A stretch of DNA of 42,547 nt from Candidatus Bipolaricaulota bacterium. GTDB lineage: Bacteria; Bipolaricaulota; Bipolaricaulia; UBA7950; UBA9294. Below the pieces are notes generated by a model that searched no databases, was not told where the DNA came from, and was given only the letters and a program-made list of their open reading frames with translations. The stretch spans positions 1-42,547 of the forward strand of contig JAGGSO010000008.1 of assembly GCA_021159055.1 (NCBI GenBank). Direction: 5' to 3'. The translations under genes were made by a program, and so were the position numbers. This document shows, piece after piece, positions 23,398-32,079 of this stretch; position 1 is the stretch's first letter; each line of letters begins with the position of its first letter.

Positions 23398-24591
23398 ATG
23401 GGTGGGCTGCTGAGCGGACTGCGGAAGGTGCAGGATGCGGACGTCGCGGGAAAGACGGTGCTCGTTCGAGTCGATTACAACGTGCCGTTGAGTGAGGGGA
23501 AGGTGGCAGACGACGCGCGGATTGCGGCGTCCCTCCCTACGCTCCGTTTCCTCCTCGAGAAGGGGACGAAGATTGTTTTGATGAGCCACCTCGGCCGGCC
23601 TGAGGGGAAGGTCGTCCCTGAGCTCCGGCTCGATCCAGTGGCGGACAGGCTCGCGGAGCTGATCGACCGGCCGGTACGGAAGCTCGATGATTGCATCGGG
23701 GAGGAGGTCGAAGCTGCGATTTCCGGGGGCGGCATCGGGGATATATTCCTCCTGGAGAACCTCCGTTTCCATCCGGAAGAGACGACGAACGAGCCGGGGT
23801 TCGCCCGGAGCCTCGCCGCGCTCGGCGAACTCTACGTGAACGACGCGTTTGCCACCCTGCACCGGGCACACGCCTCCACTGTCGGCGTCGCCGATCGGCT
23901 CCCGGCCTACGCTGGACTCCTCGTGCAGCGGGAGATCGAGGCGTTATCAAAATTGACGGATAACCCAGCGCGGCCGTATCTGGCGATCATCGGGGGGAAG
24001 AAGGCGCGCAGCAAGCTGGGTGCACTGCGCGATCTGCTGGACAAGGTCGATGAGATCCTGATCGGGGGAGGAGTGGCGTTCACCTTCCTCCGTGCTGCCG
24101 GAGCCGAGGTTGGGAATTCGATCGTGGATGACGATCTGCTCGATGACATCAAGGAGTTGATCCGTGCCGCGTATGACTCCGGAGTGAAGATCCTCCTCCC
24201 GCGTGACGTCGTGATCGGGCGAGAATTGAGCCCCACCGCTGAGACGGCGACGGCGCGAGCGGACAAGATTCCGGAGGGGTGGATGGGACTCGACATCGGT
24301 CCGGAGACGATCGAACTCTTCCGCACGGAAATCGGGAAGGCGAAAACGATCGTGTGGGCCGGTCCGATGGGGGCGTTCGAGTTTCCCCCGTTCGCCGCTG
24401 GGACGCGGGCGATCGGGGAGGCGCTCGCCGCGGCGGATGCGTTCACCGTAGTCGGAGGAGGAGAGACCGGAGAGGCGGTGAAGAAGCTCGGGGTGGCGGA
24501 CGGGATCTCTTACATATCCACCGGTGGTGGAGCCTGCCTCGCCATCCTGCGGGGGAAGAGACTCCCCGCCCTGGAGGCACTGCGGGAGTGA
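23398..24591 (+). CDS. pgk: Phosphoglycerate kinase
   Basis: Start moved to the ATG at 23398 (MGGLLSGLRKV..., GAAGGAGG SD). LVRVDYNVPL, MSHLGRP and TGGGA blocks. Confidence 0.96.
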   Translation: MGGLLSGLRKVQDADVAGKTVLVRVDYNVPLSEGKVADDARIAASLPTLRFLLEKGTKIVLMSHLGRPEGKVVPELRLDPVADRLAELIDRPVRKLDDCIGEEVEAAISGGGIGDIFLLENLRFHPEETTNEPGFARSLAALGELYVNDAFATLHRAHASTVGVADRLPAYAGLLVQREIEALSKLTDNPARPYLAIIGGKKARSKLGALRDLLDKVDEILIGGGVAFTFLRAAGAEVGNSIVDDDLLDDIKELIRAAYDSGVKILLPRDVVIGRELSPTAETATARADKIPEGWMGLDIGPETIELFRTEIGKAKTIVWAGPMGAFEFPPFAAGTRAIGEALAAADAFTVVGGGETGEAVKKLGVADGISYISTGGGACLAILRGKRLPALEALRE

Positions 24592-24592
24592 G

Positions 24593-24621
24593 TTGCCGAT
24601 CTCCGGGCTCACTGCTATAAT
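24593..24621 (+). promoter_or_regulatory. Extended -10 promoter for tRNA-Gly
   Basis: TTGCCG, 17 nt, TATAAT with upstream TGC (TGCTATAAT). The tRNA 5' end lies 11 nt downstream. Confidence 0.5.
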
Positions 24622-24631
24622 GATGGATGTT

Positions 24632-24703
24632 GCGGGCATAGCTCAGGGGTAGAGCATCAGCTTCCCAAGCTGAGGGTCGCGGGTTCGAATCCCGTTGCCC
24701 GCT
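24632..24703 (+). tRNA. tRNA-Gly (anticodon CCC)
   Basis: Manual cloverleaf: acceptor GCGGGCA/TGCCCGC, D arm GCTC-AGGGGTA-GAGC, anticodon arm TCAGC-TTCCCAA-GCTGA, T arm GCGGG-TTCGAAT-CCCGT. No encoded CCA. Confidence 0.93.
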
Positions 24704-24743
24704 CAAGCAGGTCAGGACCCCCGGAAGAAGAGGAAGGAGGGGG

Positions 24744-25358
24744 ATGGACCAACTTCTGAGGATCTCGCACGCAATCACCCTAAGCAGCCTTGAGGCCCGC
24801 GTCAAGGGGTGTACCAAATGCCCGTTGAGCGCGTCGCGGACCAACGTCGTGTTCGGAGAAGGGAACCCGCATGCGGCGGTGATGTTAGTCGGTGAGGGAC
24901 CGGGAGAGGTCGAGGATCAAACCGGCCGTCCGTTCGTCGGGCCCGCCGGCCAGAAGCTGACGGAGGTGCTCGCCTCGGTTGGAATCAGTCGGGATGAGGT
25001 TTACATCACAAACGTGGTTAAATGTCGCCCGCCGGGGAACCGCGTCCCCACAAAGAAAGAGATGGAGGCATGCTGGCCGTACCTCGAGGCGCAGATCGCG
25101 CTGATCAAACCGGGGTTGATCGTAACGCTGGGGAATACTCCTACACAATGGTTTGTGCCAACCGCGGGCGGGATAACCAAGGTACGAGGGACGTTCCTCC
25201 CGTGGCGCGGTGGGATTCAGATCTTCCCCATGTTCCATCCGAGCTACCTGTTGCGCAATCCGTCGCGGGCAAAGGGGAGTCCCAAGTACCTGACGTGGCT
25301 CGATATAAAGCAGGTGAAGAACTGGATCGATGAACACGCAAGGACCGAAGACGCTTGA
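24744..25358 (+). CDS. Uracil-DNA glycosylase, family 4 (Fe-S type)
   Basis: 204 aa. CTKCPL, GEGNPHAAVMLVGEGPG, VVKCRPPGNR and FHPSYLLR motifs. Confidence 0.92.
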   Translation: MDQLLRISHAITLSSLEARVKGCTKCPLSASRTNVVFGEGNPHAAVMLVGEGPGEVEDQTGRPFVGPAGQKLTEVLASVGISRDEVYITNVVKCRPPGNRVPTKKEMEACWPYLEAQIALIKPGLIVTLGNTPTQWFVPTAGGITKVRGTFLPWRGGIQIFPMFHPSYLLRNPSRAKGSPKYLTWLDIKQVKNWIDEHARTEDA

Positions 25359-25806
25359 AGAGCAGAAGTCGTTTGTGGAGGATGCTCTAACCCGAGCGGA
25401 GGAGCACCGCAAGAGGAAGGAATTCAAGGAGGGGATCTCCCTCCTGGTGGAGGCGCTCCGCTACGGAATCCAGAAGGAGACGATCTACTTCCGCCTCGGG
25501 AACATCTACATCGACGCCGGTGATCTATCGCGGGCAGAGTATGCGTACAAGCGAGCCCTCGAGGTCGATCCTCATCATGTAAACGCGATGCACAACCTGG
25601 CAGTGGTGTACAAACGCCAGGGGAAGATCTCCCTGTTCGTGAAGACGTACAAGAAGGCGCAGCGCATGGAGCTTCGCCGTCCCCGGAACGTCCCCCTCAC
25701 TCCGGAGGACAAAACGCGGTTGCGTCGCCTCGGGCTGCGCTGGATGGCCGCTATCTTCACCGGTTTCATCGTCCTCGGGGCGATCCTCTACCTCATCCTG
25801 CGCTGA
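25330..25806 (+). CDS. TPR-repeat protein with C-terminal TM helix
   Basis: 158 aa. TPR-like GNIYIDAGDLSRAEYAYKRALEVDPHHVNAMHNLAVVY. C-terminal AAIFTGFIVLGAILYLIL. 29-nt overlap with the UDG gene, so the start is uncertain. Confidence 0.7.
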   Translation: MNTQGPKTLEEQKSFVEDALTRAEEHRKRKEFKEGISLLVEALRYGIQKETIYFRLGNIYIDAGDLSRAEYAYKRALEVDPHHVNAMHNLAVVYKRQGKISLFVKTYKKAQRMELRRPRNVPLTPEDKTRLRRLGLRWMAAIFTGFIVLGAILYLILR

Positions 25807-25878
25807 ACCCCTTCCGGTTTGATGTTGCTGTCTCAATCGAGTATAGTCTTACGTCGTTTACCACCTAAACTTGAAGGG

Positions 25879-27636
25879 ATGCCTGTGACGAGAAAGAGGA
25901 TTTACACTATAGCTCATGAACTCGGGATCACCAGCAAGGAGCTCATCCAGAAGCTGGAGGAGATGGGAATGCCCGGGCTCAAGGCGGCAAACACGGTCGA
26001 CGAAGAAGAATACGCGTTGATCGTCAACCTGTACAAGGAAGAAACCGCTCCGCCCAAGAAGGAAGAAAAGCCGCAACAGGAAGCAAAGGCAAAGGAAGAA
26101 GAAGCGGCACCAACAGCAGAAAAACCACAGAAAAGAGGAGTTCCACGCCCTCCGATCGTTTCCGTCCTCGGGCACATCGACCACGGAAAGACGACCCTCC
26201 TCGACGCGATCCGGCACTCCCGCGTGGCGGCGAAGGAAGCCGGTGGAATCACGCAGAAGATTGGGGCGTATCAGGCGGAGATCAACGGGCAGAAGATCAC
26301 GTTCATCGACACCCCGGGGCACAAGGCGTTCACCGGGATGCGGGCCCGGGGGGCGCAGGCGACCGATATCGCCGTCCTCGTCGTCGCCGCTGATGACGGG
26401 GTGATGGCCCAGACGGTAGAGGCAATCGACCACATCCGCGCCGCTGGGATCCCGATGATCGTGGCGATCAACAAGATCGACAAGCCGAACGCGGACGTGA
26501 CCAAGGTGATGAACGACCTGGCCAAGCAGGGACTTACCCCGGAGGATTGGGGCGGAGACACGATCACTGTTCCCATCTCTGCCCTCAAGGGGGAGGGCAT
26601 CGACGATCTGCTGGAGATGATCCTCCTCGTCGCTGAGATGGAGGACATCCGTGCCGAACCGAATGGTCCGCTCGAGGCGATCATCATCGAGAGCCACCTC
26701 TCCAAGGGGCGGGGACCGGTGGCAACGGCGGTGATCCGCAATGGAACGCTGCGCGAGCGAGACTGCATCGTCGCCGGGACCACCTACGGTCGGGTGAAGG
26801 CGTTGATCGACGAGACCGGAAAGCGCGTGCGGGAGGCGGGGCCGGGGAAAGCAGTGGAGATCCTCGGGCTAGAGGAGGTCCCTCCGGTTGGTACAAAGGT
26901 CGAGGTGGAGAAGAACCTGAACGCGGCGAAGCGGCTCGCCGCGGCCCGGCAGACGGCGGCGGCCCGGCCGCGCCGATCGCGGGCGACAATGTCGGTGGAA
27001 GACCTGTTCCGCGAGGCAGCGGAGGAGGATAAACTGCAGCTCATCGTCAAGGCCGCGTCCACCGGAGCGTTGGAAGCAGTCCGGCGTGAAATCGAGGGGA
27101 TGTCCGGGGACGAGGTGAAGGTGGAGTTCATCCACACCGGGGTAGGGACGATCTCGGAGAGCGATGTCCTCCTTGCGGCGAGCGTGACCGGGAACTGTCT
27201 GATCATCGGGTTCGGGGTGAAGCCCGATCCGAAGGCCGTCCGGTTGGCGGAGCAGGAGGGGGTAAGCATCCTCACCTACGACATCATCTACGACCTGCTC
27301 GATGAGATTGAACGGGCGATCAAACGGATACTCGGTCCGGAATACAAGGAGGTTCGGCTCGGCGAGGCCGAGGTGCGCGATGTGTTCAAGGTTCCGGCCG
27401 GGATCGTCGCCGGTTGCTATGTAACCGACGGGAAGATCGTTCGCAACGGGAAGGTGCGGGTGATGCGAAACGGTGCTGAGGTCCATACCGGGGAGATCGC
27501 ATCGTTGCGGCGGTTCAACGACGACGTACGCGAGGTGCAAGCGGGTCGCGAGTGCGGGATCCGGATCAAGGACTTCGAAGACGTGCGCATCGGCGACCGG
27601 CTCGTCGTCTTCACGGTGGAAGAGGTACAGTCCTGA
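25879..27636 (+). CDS. infB: Translation initiation factor IF-2 (short form)
   Basis: Start placed at the ATG at 25879 (MPVTRKRIYTIAHELGITSKEL). Lys/Glu linker. GTPase G1-G4 motifs GHIDHGKT, DTPGH and NKID. C-terminal beta-barrel domains. Confidence 0.95.
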   Translation: MPVTRKRIYTIAHELGITSKELIQKLEEMGMPGLKAANTVDEEEYALIVNLYKEETAPPKKEEKPQQEAKAKEEEAAPTAEKPQKRGVPRPPIVSVLGHIDHGKTTLLDAIRHSRVAAKEAGGITQKIGAYQAEINGQKITFIDTPGHKAFTGMRARGAQATDIAVLVVAADDGVMAQTVEAIDHIRAAGIPMIVAINKIDKPNADVTKVMNDLAKQGLTPEDWGGDTITVPISALKGEGIDDLLEMILLVAEMEDIRAEPNGPLEAIIIESHLSKGRGPVATAVIRNGTLRERDCIVAGTTYGRVKALIDETGKRVREAGPGKAVEILGLEEVPPVGTKVEVEKNLNAAKRLAAARQTAAARPRRSRATMSVEDLFREAAEEDKLQLIVKAASTGALEAVRREIEGMSGDEVKVEFIHTGVGTISESDVLLAASVTGNCLIIGFGVKPDPKAVRLAEQEGVSILTYDIIYDLLDEIERAIKRILGPEYKEVRLGEAEVRDVFKVPAGIVAGCYVTDGKIVRNGKVRVMRNGAEVHTGEIASLRRFNDDVREVQAGRECGIRIKDFEDVRIGDRLVVFTVEEVQS

Positions 27637-27642
27637 ACAACA

Positions 27643-27927
27643 ATGAAGGTTGGGGTCCTTACCCTGGTCCTCCGGCTCCCGGATGCCGGATCGCTCAAGG
27701 AGAAGAGGTCGATTCTGCATGGGTTGATCGCCGCGGTATCTCGCCGGGGGCCGGCGTTCGCCGCGGCTGAGGTAGGAGACCTCGACGCCCACGACCGGGC
27801 GACGATCCGGATCGCCCATCTGTCGAACGATCCCCGCTACACCGACGCTGCCCTGCGCCGGCTGCAGGCGAAACTCGAGGACGGACGGGGATACCTAGTG
27901 GAAGAAGCGAGATTGGAGATCCTATGA
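27643..27927 (+). CDS. DUF503 (YlxP-like) protein
   Basis: 94 aa. LRLPDAGSLKEKRS motif, in the canonical position between infB and rbfA. Confidence 0.85.
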   Translation: MKVGVLTLVLRLPDAGSLKEKRSILHGLIAAVSRRGPAFAAAEVGDLDAHDRATIRIAHLSNDPRYTDAALRRLQAKLEDGRGYLVEEARLEIL

Positions 27928-28292
27928 ACGACGGACGGGCACATGCGCGGTTGTGCGCTGAGATCAAGCGCGAGGTCTCCCAGATCGTCGAATTCGAAGC
28001 GCGCGATCCCATCCTTCGCGACGCCATTCCGACCGTGATGGCGGTAAAACTCTCGGTCGACGCCCGCTACGCCAAGGTGTACGTTGCCCTTGCTCAAGGG
28101 ACGCGGGAGGAGAAGCTTGAGGTAATGGCTGCGTTCCGCCGCGATCGCGGTTTCTTCCGCACTGAGCTCGCCCGCCGCCTCTCCCTCCGTTACACCCCGC
28201 AGCTGGAGTTCATCCTCGATGAGACCGTCGAACGGGCGATTCGGTTCGAGCAGATCCTCTCCCGCGAAGACGATGAACTCGGCCTGGTTTAA
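27924..28292 (+). CDS. rbfA: Ribosome-binding factor A
   Basis: 122 aa. RARLCAEIKREVSQIV...DPILRD...VKLSVDARYAKVYV pattern. ATGA overlap with the DUF503 gene. Confidence 0.92.
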   Translation: MNDGRAHARLCAEIKREVSQIVEFEARDPILRDAIPTVMAVKLSVDARYAKVYVALAQGTREEKLEVMAAFRRDRGFFRTELARRLSLRYTPQLEFILDETVERAIRFEQILSREDDELGLV

Positions 28293-28923
28293 GCGCATCA
28301 TCCGCGCATCACTGCTCGATCCGTATCTGATCGGGACTTCATTCGCCTTCTCTGCAGTCTTGTTCTTCGTCAACCAGCAGGCCAACCTGTACGACATCCA
28401 AAACCCGAACTGGGTGATCACGATGGGAGTCCTTATCCTTGCCTCTCCGATCGCCCACTCTCTGTTCCTCGTCCGCGCCCGCGCCGTCCTTGGGCACGGG
28501 ACCGGATCGCTTCGGGACGGGATCGAGGCGAGCGCGACGTTCTATCCCCGCCTCGTCCTGGGGGAGATCGGGGTGAGCCTCGCCGCCGCCGCCGGATTGT
28601 TCCTCCTCATCCTCCCCGGGGTGTACATCGGGATCCGATTGAGCCTGTACAAGCAGGCCGTCTTGTTCGATGGGAAGACCGTGCGGGAGGCACTGCAGGA
28701 GAGCATGGTCCGCACCGCGTCTTGGCCGGTGATCGGGTGGATCCTGCTCGTCTTATCCGTCATCTACGGGATGGAGATCCTGATCGGATATCTGGTGTAC
28801 CTGGCCGGGGCGTCTTTCCCCACCGGCGTGGGAATCGCCATCGCGATCGTCATCTCCGCCGCCGGCTTTTCGCTGCTGAACGCGTTCCTCACCGCGGTCT
28901 ACCTCGAGCGGGGGGAGGGATGA
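28273..28923 (+). CDS. Hypothetical polytopic membrane protein
   Basis: About 216 aa from the ATG at 28273 (MNSAWFKRII...). Four or five hydrophobic helices. The start is uncertain (the ORF-track start at 28219 lies deeper inside rbfA). Confidence 0.65.
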   Translation: MNSAWFKRIIRASLLDPYLIGTSFAFSAVLFFVNQQANLYDIQNPNWVITMGVLILASPIAHSLFLVRARAVLGHGTGSLRDGIEASATFYPRLVLGEIGVSLAAAAGLFLLILPGVYIGIRLSLYKQAVLFDGKTVREALQESMVRTASWPVIGWILLVLSVIYGMEILIGYLVYLAGASFPTGVGIAIAIVISAAGFSLLNAFLTAVYLERGEG

Positions 28924-29444
28924 GGATCCACGTCGGCACGGAGAACCCACTCAAGACCGATGCAGTCGCCGCTGCGTTCCGTGCAGCATTTCCGGATTCC
29001 CGGATCGAAGTCTCCTCGATCCGGGTTCACTCCGGGGTGCCGCCGCAGCCGTTCGGAGAGGAGGTGACTGACGGAGCGATCGCCCGCGCGAAGGGCGCGC
29101 GCGGTGACGCGGACTTCGGGGTGGGGATCGAAGCAGGGCTCGTCAGGCTGCCGCGGCTGGATGATTACCTGAACCTGCAGGTGTGCGCGATCATCGATCG
29201 GGACGGAAGGATGACGGTGGGGACCGGACCCGGGTTCGTTCTCCCCCCTTCGCTCATCTCCGCCCTCCAGGCCGGTTCCACCCTGAATCGAGAGATGAGC
29301 CGCATCTCAGGGATCCCCGAGATCAAAGCGAAGAGCGGTGCCGTCGGCTACCTCTCCGCCGGGGTGATCGACCGGTTCGAGATCACCTACACAGCGGTAC
29401 TGATGGCTCTGATTCCCCGGATCCGGCCCGAACTCTACCGGTAG
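28920..29444 (+). CDS. Inosine/xanthosine triphosphatase (DUF84, YjjX-like NTPase)
   Basis: 174 aa from the ATG at 28920 (ATGA overlap with the previous stop). MRIHVGTENPLKTDAV...VHSGVPPQPFGEEVTDGAIARA matches the DUF84 pattern. Confidence 0.82.
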   Translation: MRIHVGTENPLKTDAVAAAFRAAFPDSRIEVSSIRVHSGVPPQPFGEEVTDGAIARAKGARGDADFGVGIEAGLVRLPRLDDYLNLQVCAIIDRDGRMTVGTGPGFVLPPSLISALQAGSTLNREMSRISGIPEIKAKSGAVGYLSAGVIDRFEITYTAVLMALIPRIRPELYR

Positions 29445-29486
29445 GTGTTGTCAACCACGCGGGTGCGTGTTACTATAAAGGGCGTA

Positions 29487-29563
29487 CGGGACGTGGCGCA
29501 GCCTGGTAGCGTGCTTGCATGGGGCGCAAGAGGTCCCCGGTTCAAATCCGGGCGTCCCGACCA
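29487..29563 (+). tRNA. tRNA-Pro (anticodon GGG)
   Basis: Manual cloverleaf: acceptor CGGGACG/CGTCCCG, anticodon arm CTTGC-ATGGGGC-GCAAG, T arm CCCGG-TTCAAAT-CCGGG. Discriminator A followed by encoded CCA. Confidence 0.9.
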
Positions 29564-29573
29564 GTGTAACTAG

Positions 29574-29600
29574 GCCGGTCGACACCGGCGGTTTATCTTT
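29574..29600. terminator. Short hairpin shared by tRNA-Pro and the convergent phosphoesterase operon
   Basis: GCCGGT-CGAC-ACCGGC followed on the plus strand by GGTTTATCTTT. It lies 4 nt beyond the minus-strand stop codon. Confidence 0.4.
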
Positions 29601-30768
29601 CTCCGAGTGTGAACGAGTCGATCGGGCGTCCCTCCGGGGAAAGATGGACCTTTCCGTCGTATACGCTTCCCACCGGGATGACCTCCACCCGCATGATCCC
29701 GCCGGCGGCCGTCACCCGAATGTAGTGCAGCATCCCGTAGCGGCGAAAGACCGTACCGCTTGCGGTCGTTTCCGGGACAGCATCCAGCGGTGCCCCTCCT
29801 CCCCCGGTTACGAGGTAGTGGATCCCATCCACGTAGAGGTGCTCATAGGCGTGCACCTGGCCGCTCATGACGAGCCGTACCCCATACTCGTGGAACAGCG
29901 GGACCCATGCGTCCCGCAATGCGGTATCCGCCCCTCCGGTCAGGCTCGAACTGTAGATCGGCCGATACGTGAAGACGACAATGAATTTGGCGTTCGAACC
30001 CGCAAGGTCGGCCCTGAGCCATTTCGTCTCCGCCTGCAGGGTGTCCCCGGTGGCGGTGGCGTCAAGTCCGATGAGGTGCACGTCTCCGTAGTCGAACGAC
30101 CACCACTCCTCGTTCTTCTCCCCGCCTCCGGCCGGAAGGGGAAAAACGTCGTAATAAAGCGGATCTTCACCGACGCGGTCGTCCGGGACGACGAGGTAGG
30201 GATGATCACGTACGAGCCCGTCCGCGGCCCAGAACAGATTTTGGAACCGGACTGTACTCGGTTCTTCCACGATCTCCCCCACGTTCACCACGAACGCGGC
30301 GTCCGGTTCATTCCGATTCATCACCGATGCGACGAACTTGTGTCGATCGGGAAGGGTGGAGGTCCCGCCGTAGACCAGGAACGAGAAGTGGGAGAGGTCA
30401 GGCCCGGCGGTGGTGAACCTCCCGATCGGACTCTCGTATACCGCATCTCCCTCGTAGATCACGAGCTGGTAGCGGTAGGCGGTGGCGGGTGCGAGGTCGC
30501 CGAGGCGTATCTCGGCGATCCCGGAATGGGGCGCGAACGACAGGGTATCCTCCCAGCCGCCCGTCGCTTCGTAGTGAGCAGCGGTGGAGTAGCGCACGTC
30601 AGCCCCGACCGGGCGTGACGTATTCCACGACATCGCCACGAAGTCGTCTCCGATCGCCCCGAGGACAGGTCCCCACAGAAGCGGGCTTTCTTGCTGCCCG
30701 AGCGCACTCCATCCGCCAGTCAAAACGACCGCCACGAGAGCTACCGCGACCGCTGCGAATCTGTTCAT
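29593..30768 (-). CDS. Secreted purple-acid-phosphatase-like metallophosphoesterase paralog with degenerate metal-binding motifs (predicted non-catalytic)
   Basis: 391 aa from the ATG at 30768 (GGGAGGAAGG SD). Signal peptide MNRFAAVAVALVAVVLTGGWSALG. Clear paralog of the next gene (EEWWSFDYGDVHLIGLD, YLVTGGGGAPL, LHYIRVT). Motifs read GG, GE, DDR, YR and GQVH instead of GD, GD, GNH, HH and GHCH. Confidence 0.85.
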   Translation of the reverse strand: MNRFAAVAVALVAVVLTGGWSALGQQESPLLWGPVLGAIGDDFVAMSWNTSRPVGADVRYSTAAHYEATGGWEDTLSFAPHSGIAEIRLGDLAPATAYRYQLVIYEGDAVYESPIGRFTTAGPDLSHFSFLVYGGTSTLPDRHKFVASVMNRNEPDAAFVVNVGEIVEEPSTVRFQNLFWAADGLVRDHPYLVVPDDRVGEDPLYYDVFPLPAGGGEKNEEWWSFDYGDVHLIGLDATATGDTLQAETKWLRADLAGSNAKFIVVFTYRPIYSSSLTGGADTALRDAWVPLFHEYGVRLVMSGQVHAYEHLYVDGIHYLVTGGGGAPLDAVPETTASGTVFRRYGMLHYIRVTAAGGIMRVEVIPVGSVYDGKVHLSPEGRPIDSFTLGER

Positions 30769-30821
30769 CGTCCTTCCTCCCTGTGAAGCCACTCCATTCT
30801 CTCACAACGGTGGTTCGGCCG

Positions 30822-32066
30822 TCAACTTCCCACCGGAGCGGAAGCGGTCTGGGGCGCAGAGATGGTGATGGAGTCGAATGGCTCGGGCGGAAGCGGGGTA
30901 ACGGCCTCATTCTCCACCTTTCCCACTGGGACCATCGCGATCTCCGCCTGATCCCCGGTGATCGTGACGCGAACGTAGTGAAGAAGCTCAGCGCGCTTCA
31001 CTGAGCCTGAGATGGGGGTATCCACAAACCCGTTCAGCGGTGCCCCGCCGCCCCCGGTGACGATGTAGTTTACCCCGTCTTCAACCAATCGCTCGTAGTT
31101 ATGACAGTGCCCGCAGAAGACCGCTGTCACCCCATATTCCTTGAATATCGGGTGCCAGAGCTGCCGCAGTCCGGTGTTCCCCGGCGAGTATTCCCGGTCA
31201 GATGTGAAGAGAGGATGGTGGAAGAAGACGAAAATGAACCGCTCCCCCCGTTTCCGAGCCGCGCTGAGGTCCGCCTTCAGCCAAGCGATCTGATCGCGGT
31301 TTAGCTTAAACCCATGAGGAAGAGTAAGCACGTTCGTATCGAGTCCGACGAGATGCACAGTCCCATAGTCGATGCTCCACCATTCCTTATTCCCTCTTCC
31401 TCCCCCGGGCGGAAGGGAGAAACCCTCGTAATACTGCGGCGAATTTTGCTCGTGATTGCCGAGGACGGTAAGGAAGGGGGCGTCATCGGCCAACGAGGAT
31501 ATCGCACGGAAGAACCGATCATCCCATAGCGCCTCTACGCCACCTGATTCCACCAGATCGCCGGTATGCACCACGAAGCGGGGATGGTCGTGTGCCATCG
31601 CTTGGATCACCATCCTGTGTCGATCGGAATAGGTGCGGGTGTCTCCATAGACGTCGAAAACGAACCGATCCAGATCTGAAGAGGCCGTCCAAAATTCCCC
31701 CACCTCGCTCTTCCTCGAACTGAGCCCGGCCTTTATCTCCACCTGGTAGGCATACTCTGTGTCCGGTGCAAGCCCGGTTAACGGGACATGATAGACATAG
31801 TTGTCCGTGGCGGAATCAGCGGTGACGGAGACTGTTGCAGTGAACTTTCCTGTTTTCTCGTACTCCTTTTGCGGGCCGAAGCGGACAACCGCCGGAAACG
31901 GACGATCCAGTTTCCAGCTCACCATCATCGTAGTCGTTGGGTCAGCCCCGAACCCTAGATACGGACTGCGTACGAACGCAGGAGGCGCAGGCTGATGCAA
32001 TCCGATCCCAATGAGAAGCAGGATAATAATCGCACTCAGGGCTATCCAATCCTTCCAGGTATGCAC
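30822..32066 (-). CDS. Membrane-anchored or secreted purple-acid-phosphatase-like metallophosphoesterase (intact active site)
   Basis: 414 aa with a GTG start. The AAGGAGGG SD overlaps the permease stop. N-terminal TM helix, then an FN3-like PAP N-domain. Motifs VYGDT, HTGDLV, LGNHE, FFHHP and GHCHNYE are all present. Confidence 0.88.
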   Translation of the reverse strand: MHTWKDWIALSAIIILLLIGIGLHQPAPPAFVRSPYLGFGADPTTTMMVSWKLDRPFPAVVRFGPQKEYEKTGKFTATVSVTADSATDNYVYHVPLTGLAPDTEYAYQVEIKAGLSSRKSEVGEFWTASSDLDRFVFDVYGDTRTYSDRHRMVIQAMAHDHPRFVVHTGDLVESGGVEALWDDRFFRAISSLADDAPFLTVLGNHEQNSPQYYEGFSLPPGGGRGNKEWWSIDYGTVHLVGLDTNVLTLPHGFKLNRDQIAWLKADLSAARKRGERFIFVFFHHPLFTSDREYSPGNTGLRQLWHPIFKEYGVTAVFCGHCHNYERLVEDGVNYIVTGGGGAPLNGFVDTPISGSVKRAELLHYVRVTITGDQAEIAMVPVGKVENEAVTPLPPEPFDSITISAPQTASAPVGS

Positions 32067-32079
32067 CCTGCGTCCCTCC

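Noticed and set aside
25858-27819. Minus-strand ORFs 25858-26697 and 26869-27819, antisense to infB
   Set aside because: No domains, and biased composition. IF-2 GTPase motifs are on the plus strand.
29515-30618. 367-aa plus-strand ORF overlapping tRNA-Pro and antisense to the degenerate phosphoesterase
   Set aside because: It starts inside a tRNA gene. The minus-strand frame is a clear paralog of the neighbouring phosphoesterase.
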